Source of the DNA: Octopus vulgaris | Lineage: Eukaryota | Assembly: GCA_951406725.2 (NCBI GenBank) | Contig: OX597822.1 | Coordinates: forward strand, 42,222,001 to 42,286,000 | Direction of reading: 5' to 3' | DNA length: 64,000 nt | Part shown: positions 38,284-50,830 of the stretch, one piece after another | How the letters are laid out: every line of letters starts with the position of its first letter | Position numbering within the stretch: the first letter of the stretch is position 1 | Position numbers and translations under genes: made by a program | Notes under the pieces: generated by a model | The model's input: the letters and a program-made list of their open reading frames with translations, nothing else | Database searches by the model: none | Told to the model about the DNA's origin: nothing

Positions 38284-41200
38284 GAGTGTAGTACAGAATT
38301 AGCAACTGCTCAGTACGATGTCTTCCAACAAACTGCAGAAACAGTTTTATCAGTCAATGTACAACATAGGTCAATTATGAAACTAAATTGTTAAATAACC
38401 AGGAAAATCTTTTAAAGAGCCAAAACTGATGGAAGGAAAATGATTTTGGTTTGAAGTTTATCCTTGGAGGGAGATTAAGTTATTAATCACATTTAAAGAG
38501 GCTGATAATCCTGTTAAAAATAGTTTTATCTTATTAATCACTGATGAATTCTAAAGGACAATGAGAAGAGGTGGGAGTAACAATTTCACACACACATACA
38601 CATGCACGTTACAGAGACATATATATATGGACATGTGTAAGCTTTAATTAATGTTTATATATATAATACAAACTCAAAGCACATGTCTAAACACATGCCT
38701 GAGGAGTTGCAAATTTGCAGACACCACTCGCCACCCTCCCTCCACTAGAAACAGTTGCCTTGAACAATTAACCTCAATTCAAAGACAACAAATATAATAT
38801 ATAAACAGTGCCGATCAAGAGATACAACATGTGTAGGATCAAGGATACATGAAACAGAGATGAACAAAGTTTTGGATAAATATGATTTACTAAAGAACTG
38901 AACTGGTGATAGTACAATGATAGTATGTAGAGATGTGTTGTGTTGTGATGTGATGGTGTGTCTCATATGTTATGTTGCACTACCATAGTTTACAGAGATC
39001 TTGAGTTTGGTGTTAGTGCATAGAAATTTAAACAGAACCAACAATGGCTATAATAGGTTTCTTATAGCAATCATACAGATGTGTGAAATTCCAGAGTGTT
39101 ATAGTTCTGGGAAGAACTGGATGAAGTGTTGAGTGTAGGATGTCAGCAGAAAGACAGTGTAAATGATTAGGGCTGAAATTTCTCTTAGCATGGAATATCA
39201 ATCCTATCCAATCTTTGTGATGCAATATTCTTCATGTTACACATACGTAAGAGAGTGTGAGTGTGTGTGTGAGAGAGAGAGAGAGAGAAAGATTAGAAAA
39301 TGTGAGGCATTTCTGGTAGTTTCCACATGTCTAATTTTAATGACTTATTCAGATAGCTGTTCTAAAAATCTCATTAACCCTTTTGCTATCAACTTGCCTG
39401 GAAAACCATGGTTGAATGCAACATCAAGACAAGTGTACACAACATCACAAAGATAGTGTGACACAAGAAATAAGGATACATCGCTATCACTAGAATGTGG
39501 CAATGACATGTGCACACCTCACTACAATGAGACACACTATACAACATTCATATTTAAAGACCCACTCTCCTGTACAAATATCCAGTCAGTCATGACAGTG
39601 AGTTGTTAGTAAAACTGCAACTGAAATAACTTTGAAGAGACCATTATCATCACCACAAAGGTTTCATTCAAAACCCTAAAACAACATCATTGCATGCTGA
39701 CCTTGCACAAATTCTCTGTCCCTTTCACACATAACTGCTCAATTTATTTAAGGGTATCTCTTTATAAGGTTACAGAACAAGTATTCACCTTCTGCTTCCC
39801 TAGAATTAGGATAAGGAACACTGTAGGGGGTACTAGTAATATATAGAAAGGATCCCTAATTAAATTAATTACTTTATCTAAGGACACAAGGTGTTAATTG
39901 ACATATCTATAGTGAGGTGTATTTAATGCAGCCAGTATTATGTAAAAAGCTACCATGCTGGTGCTACATAAAAAGACTCCCATGCCTGTGCCATGTATGA
40001 GGTACATGTGCTGGTGCCATGTATAAGATATCTGTGCCAGTACCATGTATAAAGCACCTGTGCCAGTGCAACATAAGAAAGCACCCGGTACACTCTGTAA
40101 AGTGGTTGGCATTAGGAAGGGCATCCAGTTGCAGAAACCATGCCAACACAGGCAATTGGTGTTTGGTACAGCTCTCCAGCTGGCCAGATCTTGTCAAACC
40201 AGCCAATCCATGCCAGCATGGAAAACGGACATTAAAAGATGATGATGATGATGATGATTATGATGATGATGACAACAATGCAACTCACTTCTACTTAACC
40301 TCTATGCCACCATACCCTTCTTGACGCCCTTCATAAACAGTGGCTTCAAAGATCTATTTAATTTAGGTTGTTAATTCTGTGTTAAGTGTTTACATATTCT
40401 AGTGGTGGTCACTGTAGAAATCGGCTATTGCCATGGTTACACTGAGTGTAATCAATACAACTTAAAGGCCACCAACTACATACCAATTGTTTAATGTGTG
40501 AACAAAAATGTAGCTCCTTCCCTTTCATATCTGACAAGTCAAACCAGCATGAAGAATCAACAGCTTTCTCCTTCTTTGACACAAATGGTTAATTGAGCTT
40601 TTTCATAGGTCAACTATTTTTTTTTTTTTTGTGTACATACACACAATCACACAGACACACACCAAGAAAACTCAGACATTACGCACACACAGAACTATAT
40701 GTGTTACATACAACTGCAGCAGAGTTGGCAGTTGACTGTCGCAACTAAACAAGTGGGAAATCTAACCACTCAATATAATTACTGTTAAAGACAGTGGATT
40801 TAACATGGTGAGTTTACTGTGTTAAAAGAATGGTTTGATAAGGTAGCAAAGCATTAAATAATCATTATCAGACATTACACTGAATTGATCATTATGCAGA
40901 TGGTTTCAAACTTATGAACACTTTAGTCAATCTATATTAGAAACTTAGATGAGAGTATTTGTGTAAACAAGATGAGAAGGCGACTACACATGTACATACA
41001 GAAATGACTTGATATTATATAGATAGAGAAATTATAACAAATATACACTCATTATCCAAGAATCATTTTCATTTACAGATCCATTTTTCCATAGTTGCAT
41101 AGATTGGATGGATCTTCTGTAGAACAGCAGCTTGCCACTCATTTTGGAGACCTCTTCACAAGGCTCAACAATCTGAGATAAAATTGTTTGTGTAAACTTC

Positions 41201-42254
41201 TAATGGAAGCAGGAAAAGATAAATTTAGCATCCTCAAAAAATTCATTAAATTAACATATATTTCGGGTAAATCTTTTGGTTTATTGCAAAAGAGTACAAG
41301 ACTGAACTGTTCAAAATAAAATTGAATCCCAGACCTAAATAAAAGCAGACCCCACAAAATTTAATATCAAACTAAAAACTCGTAGAATTAGGTTAATTCC
41401 AGGATTAACCAGCTAATTGAATCTGAAGTTTTCTAAAAATATGTCACTACATCTCTAATGCAAACCTTATGTCACAAATTTAACATCAGAATATGTTCAG
41501 AAATGTTATGAAAATATTAATTTACAAACTTACATGTAGACTAATTTTTACATACCAATGAAAATCTGATTTATCAAATATTCCACTCATTGAATTTTAA
41601 AGAAAGTTCTTTTCACAACCATCAGCTGAGATCAAGTTCATTTACGCTCTGGCAAATAATAATTCATTGCAACCATGAACCCATTCCAAATTTCATCACC
41701 CAAATAGTAATCACTTATGTCTCAACCCTTTAGCATTTTAGACTGGCTGGATACAGCCTCTGACACCAACCCTCATTCTAATCACATCATCAAAATCTCA
41801 AAGCTCTAAGATAATGCAGGATTAATTCAAAACAATAAGAATAAATAAGCACTACTTTATTTACATTATTTATTCGACGGATATTTGTCCTCATCTTGTT
41901 TGTTGTTAACACGTTTCAGCTGATATACCCTCCAGCCTTTGTAAATAATGTAAATAATGTATATAATTCCTCATCTTTTAAATATAGAACTGAAATAAGC
42001 ACTACATTTGACAGAGTAATCAAAATGCAGAAGGGTTAAATCAACAAGATTTTAACCCAGCTGAGTTAAAAGGATCAATCATAAAACTATTATAGATCAG
42101 TTTATAACTGATTTCCACAGAATGTTCACCACCATCAATTAAACTGTTTGTTATCTCTTATTTAAGATTCATGAATGTAATATTGTAATATTGTGACTTT
42201 TAGAGCCATCCTTCTCAATAATCTTTCACTAGGTGAAATAAATGAGGAGAAATA

Positions 42255-42582
42255 AATATCAGCGATGCTTTACATCACACAGAAACTGCAGAAACTACTC
42301 AGAGGTTTCGCAAGCTCATAGAAATCCAGTGCAATGCTGGAAACCTTTCCGTATTACCAGCAGATATATCAAGGTTACAAGCATTTCACTCCTTAGCCGG
42401 TATGTTTCACCTGAGTGGGGCAGTGAGGACTGAGTTAGTCTTTATCTCTGGAAGGGTTCCACTTGCAGGCTCTTATCAACCATAGCCATCTTGAGATAGT
42501 TTCAACTGCTATACCTATATCCTTGATGGCTTTCTTCAGTTGTCTGGGTTCCAGACCGATCTTCTGCAGGAAATAGCACACT
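42255..42582 (-). mobile_element. 3' end of a restriction-endonuclease-type (HERO/R2-group-like) non-LTR element
   Basis: The minus strand encodes CYFLQKIGLEPRQLKKAIKDIGIAVETISRWLWLIR, resembling the terminal AAE-x-SSRWLW motif of HERO-like elements, followed by a 3' UTR. Confidence 0.5.
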
Positions 42583-43053
42583 AATCATCATCATCATCAT
42601 CATCATTTAATGCCTGCCTTCCTTGCTGGCATGGGTTGGATAGTTTGACAGGAGCTGGTAGGAGCTTGCATCAGACTTCTGTGTCTGTTTTGGCAGGGTT
42701 TTTACGGCTGGATGCCCTTCTTAACACCAAACATCCAGCAGAGTAGACTGAATGCTTTTTACATGGCACAAGCACAAGGAGGGTTAGTTTGACATGGTTT
42801 TTACAGCTGGATACCCTTCCAAACACCAACCACTTTACAGTCTGGACTGGATGCTTTTTAAGTGGCACCAGCACTGGCAGGGTCACCAAGTAACTTGTAA
42901 GACAGAGATCCATTGAGTGGGGAGGGAGCACTGGAGGAGGGGATCTTGTATCAGATGGTGAAAGGTTATAATGTAAGAGAGATAGAAACAGGTGTCTTGC
43001 TGCAGGGGAAGTACTTGGTTACCCGTCCACAGAGAGAGAGAGAGGGGAGAGAG

Positions 43054-43087
<34 letters not shown>

Positions 43088-43981
43088 CTAATCGAGATTG
43101 AAAACCACAACAGCCAACTTCAGCTGGGAATGGGGCCACATGCCAGCCCTTTGACATATAGGGTGATCTTGCTATATATATATAGAGAGAGAGAGAGAGA
43201 ATCCTTATCTACTGATACACAAACGGAAAGTTTTAAAGGCTACTACAGGAGTTGTGGCGATTTGTGGTATTTGAGAAGATGCATCAAGCCAAGTAGAATC
43301 AGTCATCCGTATATACAGGCTTGTCTTTTACAGGTGCCATTGTCACGTAAAATACACTCGTGTTGGTGTTGCTTACGTGCAAACATGCTGCTGGCATGTA
43401 AAAAGCTACCCAGTACACTTTGTGAAGTGGTTGGCTTTATGAAGAGCATCCAGCCATAGAAACCATACCACAACAGATAATCTGGAATCTGGATAGCTCC
43501 CTAGCTGGCCACCTCCTATCAAACCGTCCAACCCATGCCAGCATGGAAAACAGACATTAAACGATGATGATAATGACGATGACTACAATTTTAAAAAAAT
43601 AAATTCACAGAGTTATCATCATCATCATCATCGTTTAACATCCGCTTTCCAAGCTGGCATGAGTTGGATGATCTGACTGAGGACTGGCAAACCAGATGTC
43701 TGCACCAGGCTCCAATCTTGATCTGGCAGAGTTTCTACAGCTGGATCCCTTCTTAACACCATGAAATTTAAATGCATGGTTTCTTATAGCTATGCTTGAA
43801 GAAAGGACTCTAAATGACGAAAAATCTTTTTTTAAAAACAGGATACCAGAATTTAGTCACAAAACAAAAACATGTTAGTAAACAAAACAAGTAACTATTT
43901 TTTTCTGCAAGTAACATAACCTTAGTCCTAATACAATTAATGAAACAAAAAGAAAGACTGTAAAATCCCTGTTTCTATATA

Positions 43982-44149
43982 TACCATATTTTAACATGTA
44001 TAAGGAACCCCCTAATTTTTGGGACTCAAAATTTGGAAAAAAAGGGTTTTGTAAGGGATTATAATACTATTCATGTATAAGAAACTCCCATATTTTTTTA
44101 ACTTAATTTTTGATGAAAAAGGGTTCCTTATATATGTTAAAATACAGTA
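43982..44149. mobile_element. pogo/Tc1-like MITE
   Basis: ~29-bp imperfect TIRs TACCATATTTTAACATGTATAAGGAACCC / GGGTTCCTTATATATGTTAAAATACAGTA. Confidence 0.6.
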
Positions 44150-44168
44150 TATATATTTATATATATTT

Positions 44169-44590
44169 AGGCGTAGGAGTGGCTGTGTGGTAAGTAGCTT
44201 GCTTACCAACTACATGGTTCCGGGTTCAATCCCACTGCGTGGCACCTTGGGCAAGTGTCTTCTAGTATAACCTTGGGCCAATCAAAGCCTTGTGAGTGGA
44301 TTTGGTAGACGGAAACTGAAAGAAGCCCGTCATATATATATATGTGCGTGTGTGTGTATGTATATGTATGTGTGTATATATGTTTGTGTGTCTGTGCTTG
44401 TCTCCCCCAACATTGCTTGATAACCGATGCTGGTGTGGTTACATCCCCGTAACTTAGCGATTCGGCAAAAGAGACCGATAGATTAAGTACTAGGCTTACA
44501 AAGAATAAGTCCTGGGGTCAATTTCATCGACTAAAGGTGGTGCTCCAGCATGGCTACAGTCAAATGACTGAAACAAGTAAGAGAGAGAGA
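44169..44590 (+). mobile_element. tRNA-derived SINE family A (full-length copy)
   Basis: Head GGCGTAGGAGTGGCTGTGTGGT..GGTTCAATCCC (A/B boxes), an internal microsatellite, and tail GACTGAAACAAGTAA. Other copies: + ~7760-8067, 24779-25182, 29587-29975, 30007-30395, 35308-35720; - ~3480-3630, 8930-9095, 13128-13506, 33605-33983, 55988-56384. Confidence 0.88.
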
Positions 44591-45554
44591 GTAAAGAGTA
44601 TACATGCGTATATATACGAAGTTGCATGGCTCAGTGGTTAGAACGTCGGGCTCACAATCATGAGGTAGTAAGTTCAATTCCCAGAGCAGGCTGTGTTGTG
44701 TTCTTTAGCAGGACACTTATTTCACATTGCTCCAGTTTATTCAGTTGTAGAAATGAGTTGTGATGTCACTGATGCCAAGCTGTATTGGCCTTTGCCTTTC
44801 CCTTGCCCAGACTTGTGCCTCGGATGCGAGCCTTCTAGGTGCAATCTTATGGTCATTCATGACCAAAGGGGATCCTTCTTCCTTTATATATGTATGTGTG
44901 TGAGTGTGTATACTCATGCAACCTGAGGAATCTCCTACCACTGCATTTATATTCACACCTTGTACTTTGAGACAATGCTGTGGCACAAATCCATCTCCTT
45001 CAATACTATTTCCCCACTCAGTTGCGGGACCTTTGTCTTGCAAGTTATATGGTGACCTCACCAGTGTTTGGGGGTGGCACATAAAATGATTGACGTTAGG
45101 AAGGACATCCAGTGTAGAAACTATGCCAGAGTAGACCTTGCCAGTGGTGGTGCCAGATAAAATCCATCCAGTCCACTATGTTTAATTTCAATTCCTCTGT
45201 AAAACAATGCCGCAGTAACAAGTATTCATCTAACTCATAACAGCAAAGAAATACACAAGTAAAAATTAACAAAAGAATCGGACATATAAATGGTTTCATA
45301 TGACAGTGAATGCTCGAAAAAATTAGTGAAACATGATGCTAATAAGTGCTTTAACGGGATTTAACATACTGTAGTTAAAACATACTTTACAACCTATTCA
45401 ACATCCTGGTACTGAGCACTTTATACTTTCAGATGGCTTACTCAGTTTGGTTAGAATCTCCTTCCTGTTCCCACACACTCACACGGATGTGGCTTATTTT
45501 TTGACTTACAACTCATGCATCACTCCACTGCTATCATCAAGAAAAAAAAACTCT

Positions 45555-46140
45555 TTTGTTTGTTTATGTGTGTTGTTTGTATGTGTGGTTTGCATGTGTA
45601 TGCTGAGTTTGTGTGTGTGTGTGTGTGTTGTTTGTGCATGTGTATGTGTGTGTGTTGTGTGTGTATTTTGTTTGTGTTTGTGTGTGTGTTGTGTTAGTGT
45701 ATGTGTATTGCGTGTTGTGTTTGTGCATGTGAGTTGTTTGTGTGTGTGTGTGTGTATGCGCATTATGTTTGTGTATGTGTGTGATGTGTGAGTGTATGTC
45801 TTGTTTGTGTGTGTTGTGTTTGTGATGTTTGTGTGGGTGTTGTGTGTGTGTTATATTTGTGTTTGTGTATGTGTATGTGTTGTGTTTGTGCATGTTGTTT
45901 ATGTGTATGTTGTGTTTGTGTGAGTGTGTGTGTGTGTGTCATGTTTGAGTGTGTGTTGTTTGTGCGTGTGTGTTGTGTGTGTGTGTCTTGTGCTTGTGTG
46001 CGTGTCTTGTGTTTCTGTGTGCATTTTGTTTGCGTGTTGTGTGAGTAGGTGCTATCTTGAGTGTGTATGTATGTTGACCTTTTATGTATGTTATTTATGC
46101 ATGTCTGTGTGTGTGTTGTGCTTGTATGCGTGTGCATGCA
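45555..46140. repeat. degenerate (TG)-rich low-complexity tract
   Basis: ~590 bp of imperfect TG/TGT repeats adjacent to the RhoGAP donor at 46179. Confidence 0.85.
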
Positions 46141-46178
46141 TGCTCATATGGCAACAACATATTTGATAAAAGACATAC

Positions 46179-46301
46179 TTTTTAGGATTCCTTTGGCTTC
46201 AAGAGACTCCATTGTTGGACGACCAGTTAAAAGATTGGCTAGTTTTTCTCGAATTGTCATTTTCTCGTCATCTTTTCCTTTTTGCCGTTTTGTAGACAGA
46301 G
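46179..46301 (-). CDS. RhoGAP exon, pre-GAP helix
   Basis: ttacag|CT LSTKRQKGKDDEKMTIREKLANLLTGRPTMESLEAKGILK A|gtatgt. RPT-x3-L-x2-KGI is the ARHGAP9/12/15/27 signature. Phase 1/1. Confidence 0.93.
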
Positions 46302-46918
46302 CTGTAATGAAAAATGTTTTGATCAACATAAGTTAGACGACCTGGATGTTGCATACTCGTGTGTGTGTGTGTGAGGAGGGCGTATTAAACTACTATCTTC
46401 ATCATCATCATATTGTCCACTTTTGTATGCTCAATTGGATGGAATTTGCTGAGGTCAATTTTTCTACATCTGTGCTTCCTGTCACGAACTTGCTAAAACC
46501 TCAGCTGTTTTCAAGAAAGATAATATTTCTACTTGACCAGACATGTTTCCATGGAAGATTAAAAATGAAGAACACTGCTTGCATGTCTGCGATACTTGTT
46601 TACATCATGCAAAGTCAAGGCAGCAAGAAACAAATACACAAATGCAAGCAAGTACACACACACACAAACATGTGAGGTGTGTATGAAAGATTCTTGATTT
46701 GGTCATAAGGAGGTTTCTTCCCTTCTTAATGCAAGTGTATACATTTGCACTCACAAAGAATATTTTACTCCTATTTCTAGCAATGTAGGTGTCTTGACAC
46801 CCTTAGTCACATTTAGTGATGATTGAATTTTCCTTTATGGTATTAAACTGTGCCCAGCTGTTTATATATATATATATATTATTATTAATTAATGGATTTC
46901 ATATTAGACTTTTATTAG

Positions 46919-46961
46919 GTACAACATGTTTCAACCTATCACTCTGGGTCTCTTCAGGTAC
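46919..46961 (-). ncRNA. minimal type I hammerhead ribozyme in a RhoGAP intron
   Basis: Minus strand reads GUAC-CUGAAGA-GACC(cagagugaua)GGUU-GAAA-CAUG-UU^-GUAC, followed by AATAAA as in Penelope pLTRs. Confidence 0.6.
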
Positions 46962-47910
46962 ATTGATGTAGAAGTCTCACAAGAGATTTTTAGTGTTATC
47001 TGCCCATCCACTTTGGAAATGAATGAAACCAGATTATTTGGAGAAAAGGAAAGAGAATTACTCAAATGGCTAAGTTTTAGCTTTTAGCACCTAGAGAAGA
47101 GTAAAGGATGTTGATGTATTATGAGGTCATGATAAGCCCAGTTAGGACCCTGGTTGCAGTACATGAAGCAAAGCAAATCTGGCTAAAGGTACCCGTATCC
47201 AAAGTGTGTTAAAAAGTGTGACAGACAGAATCTTCCGGACTTGTGATATAGATGTGGCAAATAGCAAACTTGAACATCAGCAAGTCAACAACCAGGAAAT
47301 ATTTTGCCTTCTTATTCCTTTACTGGAGCTCTTGGCTGCTTCCCTCTCACCTCACATTGAATACTTTATCCAACACTTCCTCCTCACAACTGCCACCCTG
47401 GAATTATCCCCCACCACCACCACCATTACACACACACACACACTGACCGAGATATTTAACCCATTAGCATTTACATTGGCCATATCCAGCCCGAGTATTC
47501 TTCCAGCTTACTATTCAAACTGGCCAGATCTAGCCCCTCACACCTACACTACAATGTCATTCTAAAAATAGTCACATCACTGAAATCTCAAAGCTATGAA
47601 AGAACATATGAGTAATTCAAAATAACATAAATATATAAACATAACATTTGACAGAGTAATCGAAATGTTAAACAGTCAAAATAAACTTGAAATACACTAC
47701 TTTCATATATCTGATAAAATTTTCAACGGTCAGTGGAAGCAACCTTCCTTATTTCGATACCTTGCAATGAAGCAGAAATGGAATCAAGCATCTGATCAAA
47801 ATGCTAATCCATGTCTCTACAGGTTTTATCAACATTTTACACCCAGGTGCTTCGACAGAAGAATAATCTGGACAATAAAACAAAATAGTTGATCTGAAAT
47901 TACAACTGAC

Positions 47911-48046
47911 CTCGTCCTTTAATTTTGGTGGGGAACAATAGTTTGGTCTCTTTTGATGTTCCTTTTGGACTTTTCTGGCTTGCATCGGGAGAGGGTTGCT
48001 GTTGATTTGAGGAACTTGACTGCGACCGACTTTCTTCCTGTGTAGA
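47911..48046 (-). CDS. RhoGAP exon, S/Q/K-rich linker
   Basis: attcag|STQEESRSQSSSSNQQQPSPDASQKSPKGTSKETKLLFPTKIKGR G|gtcagt, phase 0/1. Confidence 0.85.
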
Positions 48047-48740
48047 CTGAATAGAAAAATAACAAACATGACTCAATATTTCCTCTATAATTGATGTGAC
48101 AGGATGTACACACACACTACATCTATCTATCTTTCTATCTAACATTTTATCTATCTGTCTCTATATATGTATATGTCTATATATATATATGTATGTATGT
48201 ATGTATGTAAAGAGTGAAGTGGTGGATTGACAGACAGAAATACATTGTAGATGTGCTTCCATAATGGATTTATTAAATGTTTGTATAATAAATACTCATC
48301 ATTTTAGTGGCAACTGAAATAGAAATAAATGTTTAAGATGAACAAAGAATATAGTTATGGTTAACTATTGTGCAAGTGGCTGAGCACTCCACAGGCACGT
48401 GTACCCTTAAGTAGTTCTCGGGGAGATTCAGCATGAAACAGAGTGTGACATGGCTGGCCCTTTGAAATATGGGTACAAGAGAAACAGGAAGAAAGAGTGA
48501 GAGAAAGCTGTGGTGAAAGAACACAGCAGGGATCGATACCCACTCACCCCTGCCAGAGCCTTGTGGAGCTTAAGGTGTTATTGCTCAACATACACTCACA
48601 CACACATATATATATATAAAAATAAGCAATAAGGATATCCAGAAGCAACAATATCCTTGTTGCTTATTTTGATTTTAATCACCTTACTTTGAAATTGTAT
48701 AGATAATACTGAACTAAATTCTGGGGCCTCAAATTAAGTA

Positions 48741-48777
<37 letters not shown>

Positions 48778-48779
<2 letters not shown>

Positions 48780-49218
48780 AGGCTATGAGGAAAGACCGAG
48801 ACCTCTGGAGATATGCTGTGACTTCGAAGACCCGACAAATAAAGTGAGTTCATGGCTCGCAGGACAGCTTGCTGTGCTAACCTTGGATCGTAGAGTGACC
48901 CGCTGTTCTTGAGGAGATCTATTGAGTCAAGTACATCAACATCAAAATAAAAATTCAAATGGAAATTGTAGTTAAGACACCTGTGCCGGTGACACATAAA
49001 AAGCACCGTCTGAACGTGGCAGATGCCAGCACCGCCTGACTGGCGTCCGTGTCGGTGTCACGTAAAAGCACCAACCGATCATGGCCGTTTGCCAGCCTAC
49101 TCTGGCCCCTGCGCCGGTGGCACACACCTGGTGCAGCCTCCATGGCTTTCAGATCCCGGTCAAACTGTCCAACCCATGCTAGTGTGGAAAACGGATGTTA
49201 AATGATAACGATGATGAT
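48778..49218 (+). mobile_element. RTE 3' end (ORF end + 3' UTR + (GAT)n tail)
   Basis: EAMRKDRDLWRYAV..* then the 3' UTR ending CCCATGC..G..TGGAAAACGGA.GTTAAA.GATGAT. Related tails occur at ~24240-24430, 34850-35030, 37540-37855, 39930-40270, 42585-42900, 43330-43760, 51470-51580 and 58085-58250. Confidence 0.75.
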
Positions 49219-49329
49219 ATATATATATATATATATATATATCATCATCATATATATTACGTACATACATACAGAAAGTTCAGATGCATAAATAAAGAAC
49301 CTAAACAATAGAATATCAAAAGAATTTAC

Positions 49330-49428
49330 CATTTCAAAAATAATCATATTGATGTAGACCAACCATTCTTGAATTTTTGTGTTATCATCTGCTTGTAATA
49401 AAACTTGGTTGTTCTGTATATCTTCCAG
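49330..49428 (-). CDS. RhoGAP exon, PH domain C-terminal helix
   Basis: ttacag|LEDIQNNQVLLQADDNTKIQEWLVYINMIIFEM|gtaaat. 99 bp, phase 0/0, with the conserved PH Trp. Confidence 0.9.
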
Positions 49429-50174
49429 CTGTAAGCATATAATTTGATGAATTATTAAAGTAATTAAGGTACTTGATAATATACAGAATAGTACTGAAAG
49501 ACATAACTATCCACATATTGTTACAGCACTAACACATTAGTATATAGTACTATGACACTAGTAATGTATATTCATGATCTTAATATCTTGTAGACAAGAA
49601 TATCAAATAATTAGTGTATAAAGTACTCTTTTGGTATCCTGGAATCAGATTTTTCCATATGACTTAGGGTTAAGGCCAGGAAAATGTTAGTCATCTGCAA
49701 ATGCATGGTTTTCTTAATGTCGGCCCATTCTGTCGTACAAGTTCAATTATATTTTTGCAAGATAAGAAAGTTAATTTGTAGAAAGAAGATCATTTCTTTA
49801 TGCAGATTCACTGCATATACTCAAAGCATGTAGAGAGCAGAATAAAGGTTAAATCTGTTGAAAGAAACTGGTTATAAATAATCACTTATATTTAGAAACA
49901 TTTGAATGGTTTCCATTCCTTTTACTCATGTTTTGTTCAGTATCTGGTTGTTGTTATTGGTTATTTCAGGGGTAGCTATATTTACTATCACTTCAACTTC
50001 TATTGTATGTTCAACATATAAAAAAAAAATGTCAGCTATACAGTTGTATCAGATTTAGTGGTGGAAACTGACAGAGACTTGGTCAAAGCAACTATCATAT
50101 TCTGTAAGATACATGAAAGTGACTTTTATGAACCATCTATTTGAAGTAAAGAAATAATGCTGACCAAAACTTAC

Positions 50175-50358
50175 AAGGAGAACATTCTTCTTGCTTGAGA
50201 TATCTTTTGAAGCATGAGAACACTTGGCTCCACCAAGGAATATAATTTGTTCAGGATTTCCATTTTTGGCACCGGGTCCGACTGCAGCAGCACGTTGATC
50301 TTTGTAAAATGCAATATTGGAACCAAATATCTTCACATATGATTGACTCCACTTTTTC
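50175..50358 (-). CDS. RhoGAP exon, PH domain
   Basis: ctacag|G AAA AAG TGG... encodes KKWSQSYVKIFGSNIAFYKDQ...ASKDISSKKNVLL|gtaagt, phase 2/0. Confidence 0.92.
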
Positions 50359-50509
50359 CTGTAGAGAGATTAGTGGAAAAAATACTGACATTCTAACTCG
50401 TTTTAGCATGGAAAGCAATGTAAAACAATGAAAAACTGGCATCAAGTATTCCAAAGCTCAATACCAGTAAGACAAAACAACATTACATGACTCATAGTAG
50501 CAAATAAAT

Positions 50510-50830
50510 TCATCATTAGTTTACGACAAAACAGAAATAGGAGTCAACCACTTGCAGCCAACAGTGCTCTCTCTGAAGAAATATAACTTCTAAGTAGAGT
50601 CCCTCAAGGAACTGTATAGGGACCACTGTTTTTTGTGGTGGCTTTCTCAGACATGCTCTCAGTCATACAGTCAGCTACTATTACAGTTATACTGACAAAA
50701 CAAAAGTAACACTAGCAGTGAAAAACCCTCATGATAATACAAAATTACAGCAAGACCTAAACACAATATAGAAGTGAGCTGAAAAAAAAACATGCAGTTC
50801 AATGCTGAGATATTCAAAGCACACTACTAT
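50510..50830 (+). mobile_element. old LINE RT fragment
   Basis: SRVPQGTV*GPLFFVV is a decayed GVPQGxVLGPLLF motif. Confidence 0.55.

Noticed and set aside
48617-48672. 21-bp-arm hairpin AAAAATAAGCAATAAGGATAT / ATATCCTTGTTGCTTATTTTT as a miRNA or terminator
   Set aside because: It sits beside (TA)n and looks like a collapsed transposon end. There is no supporting evidence for a small RNA.
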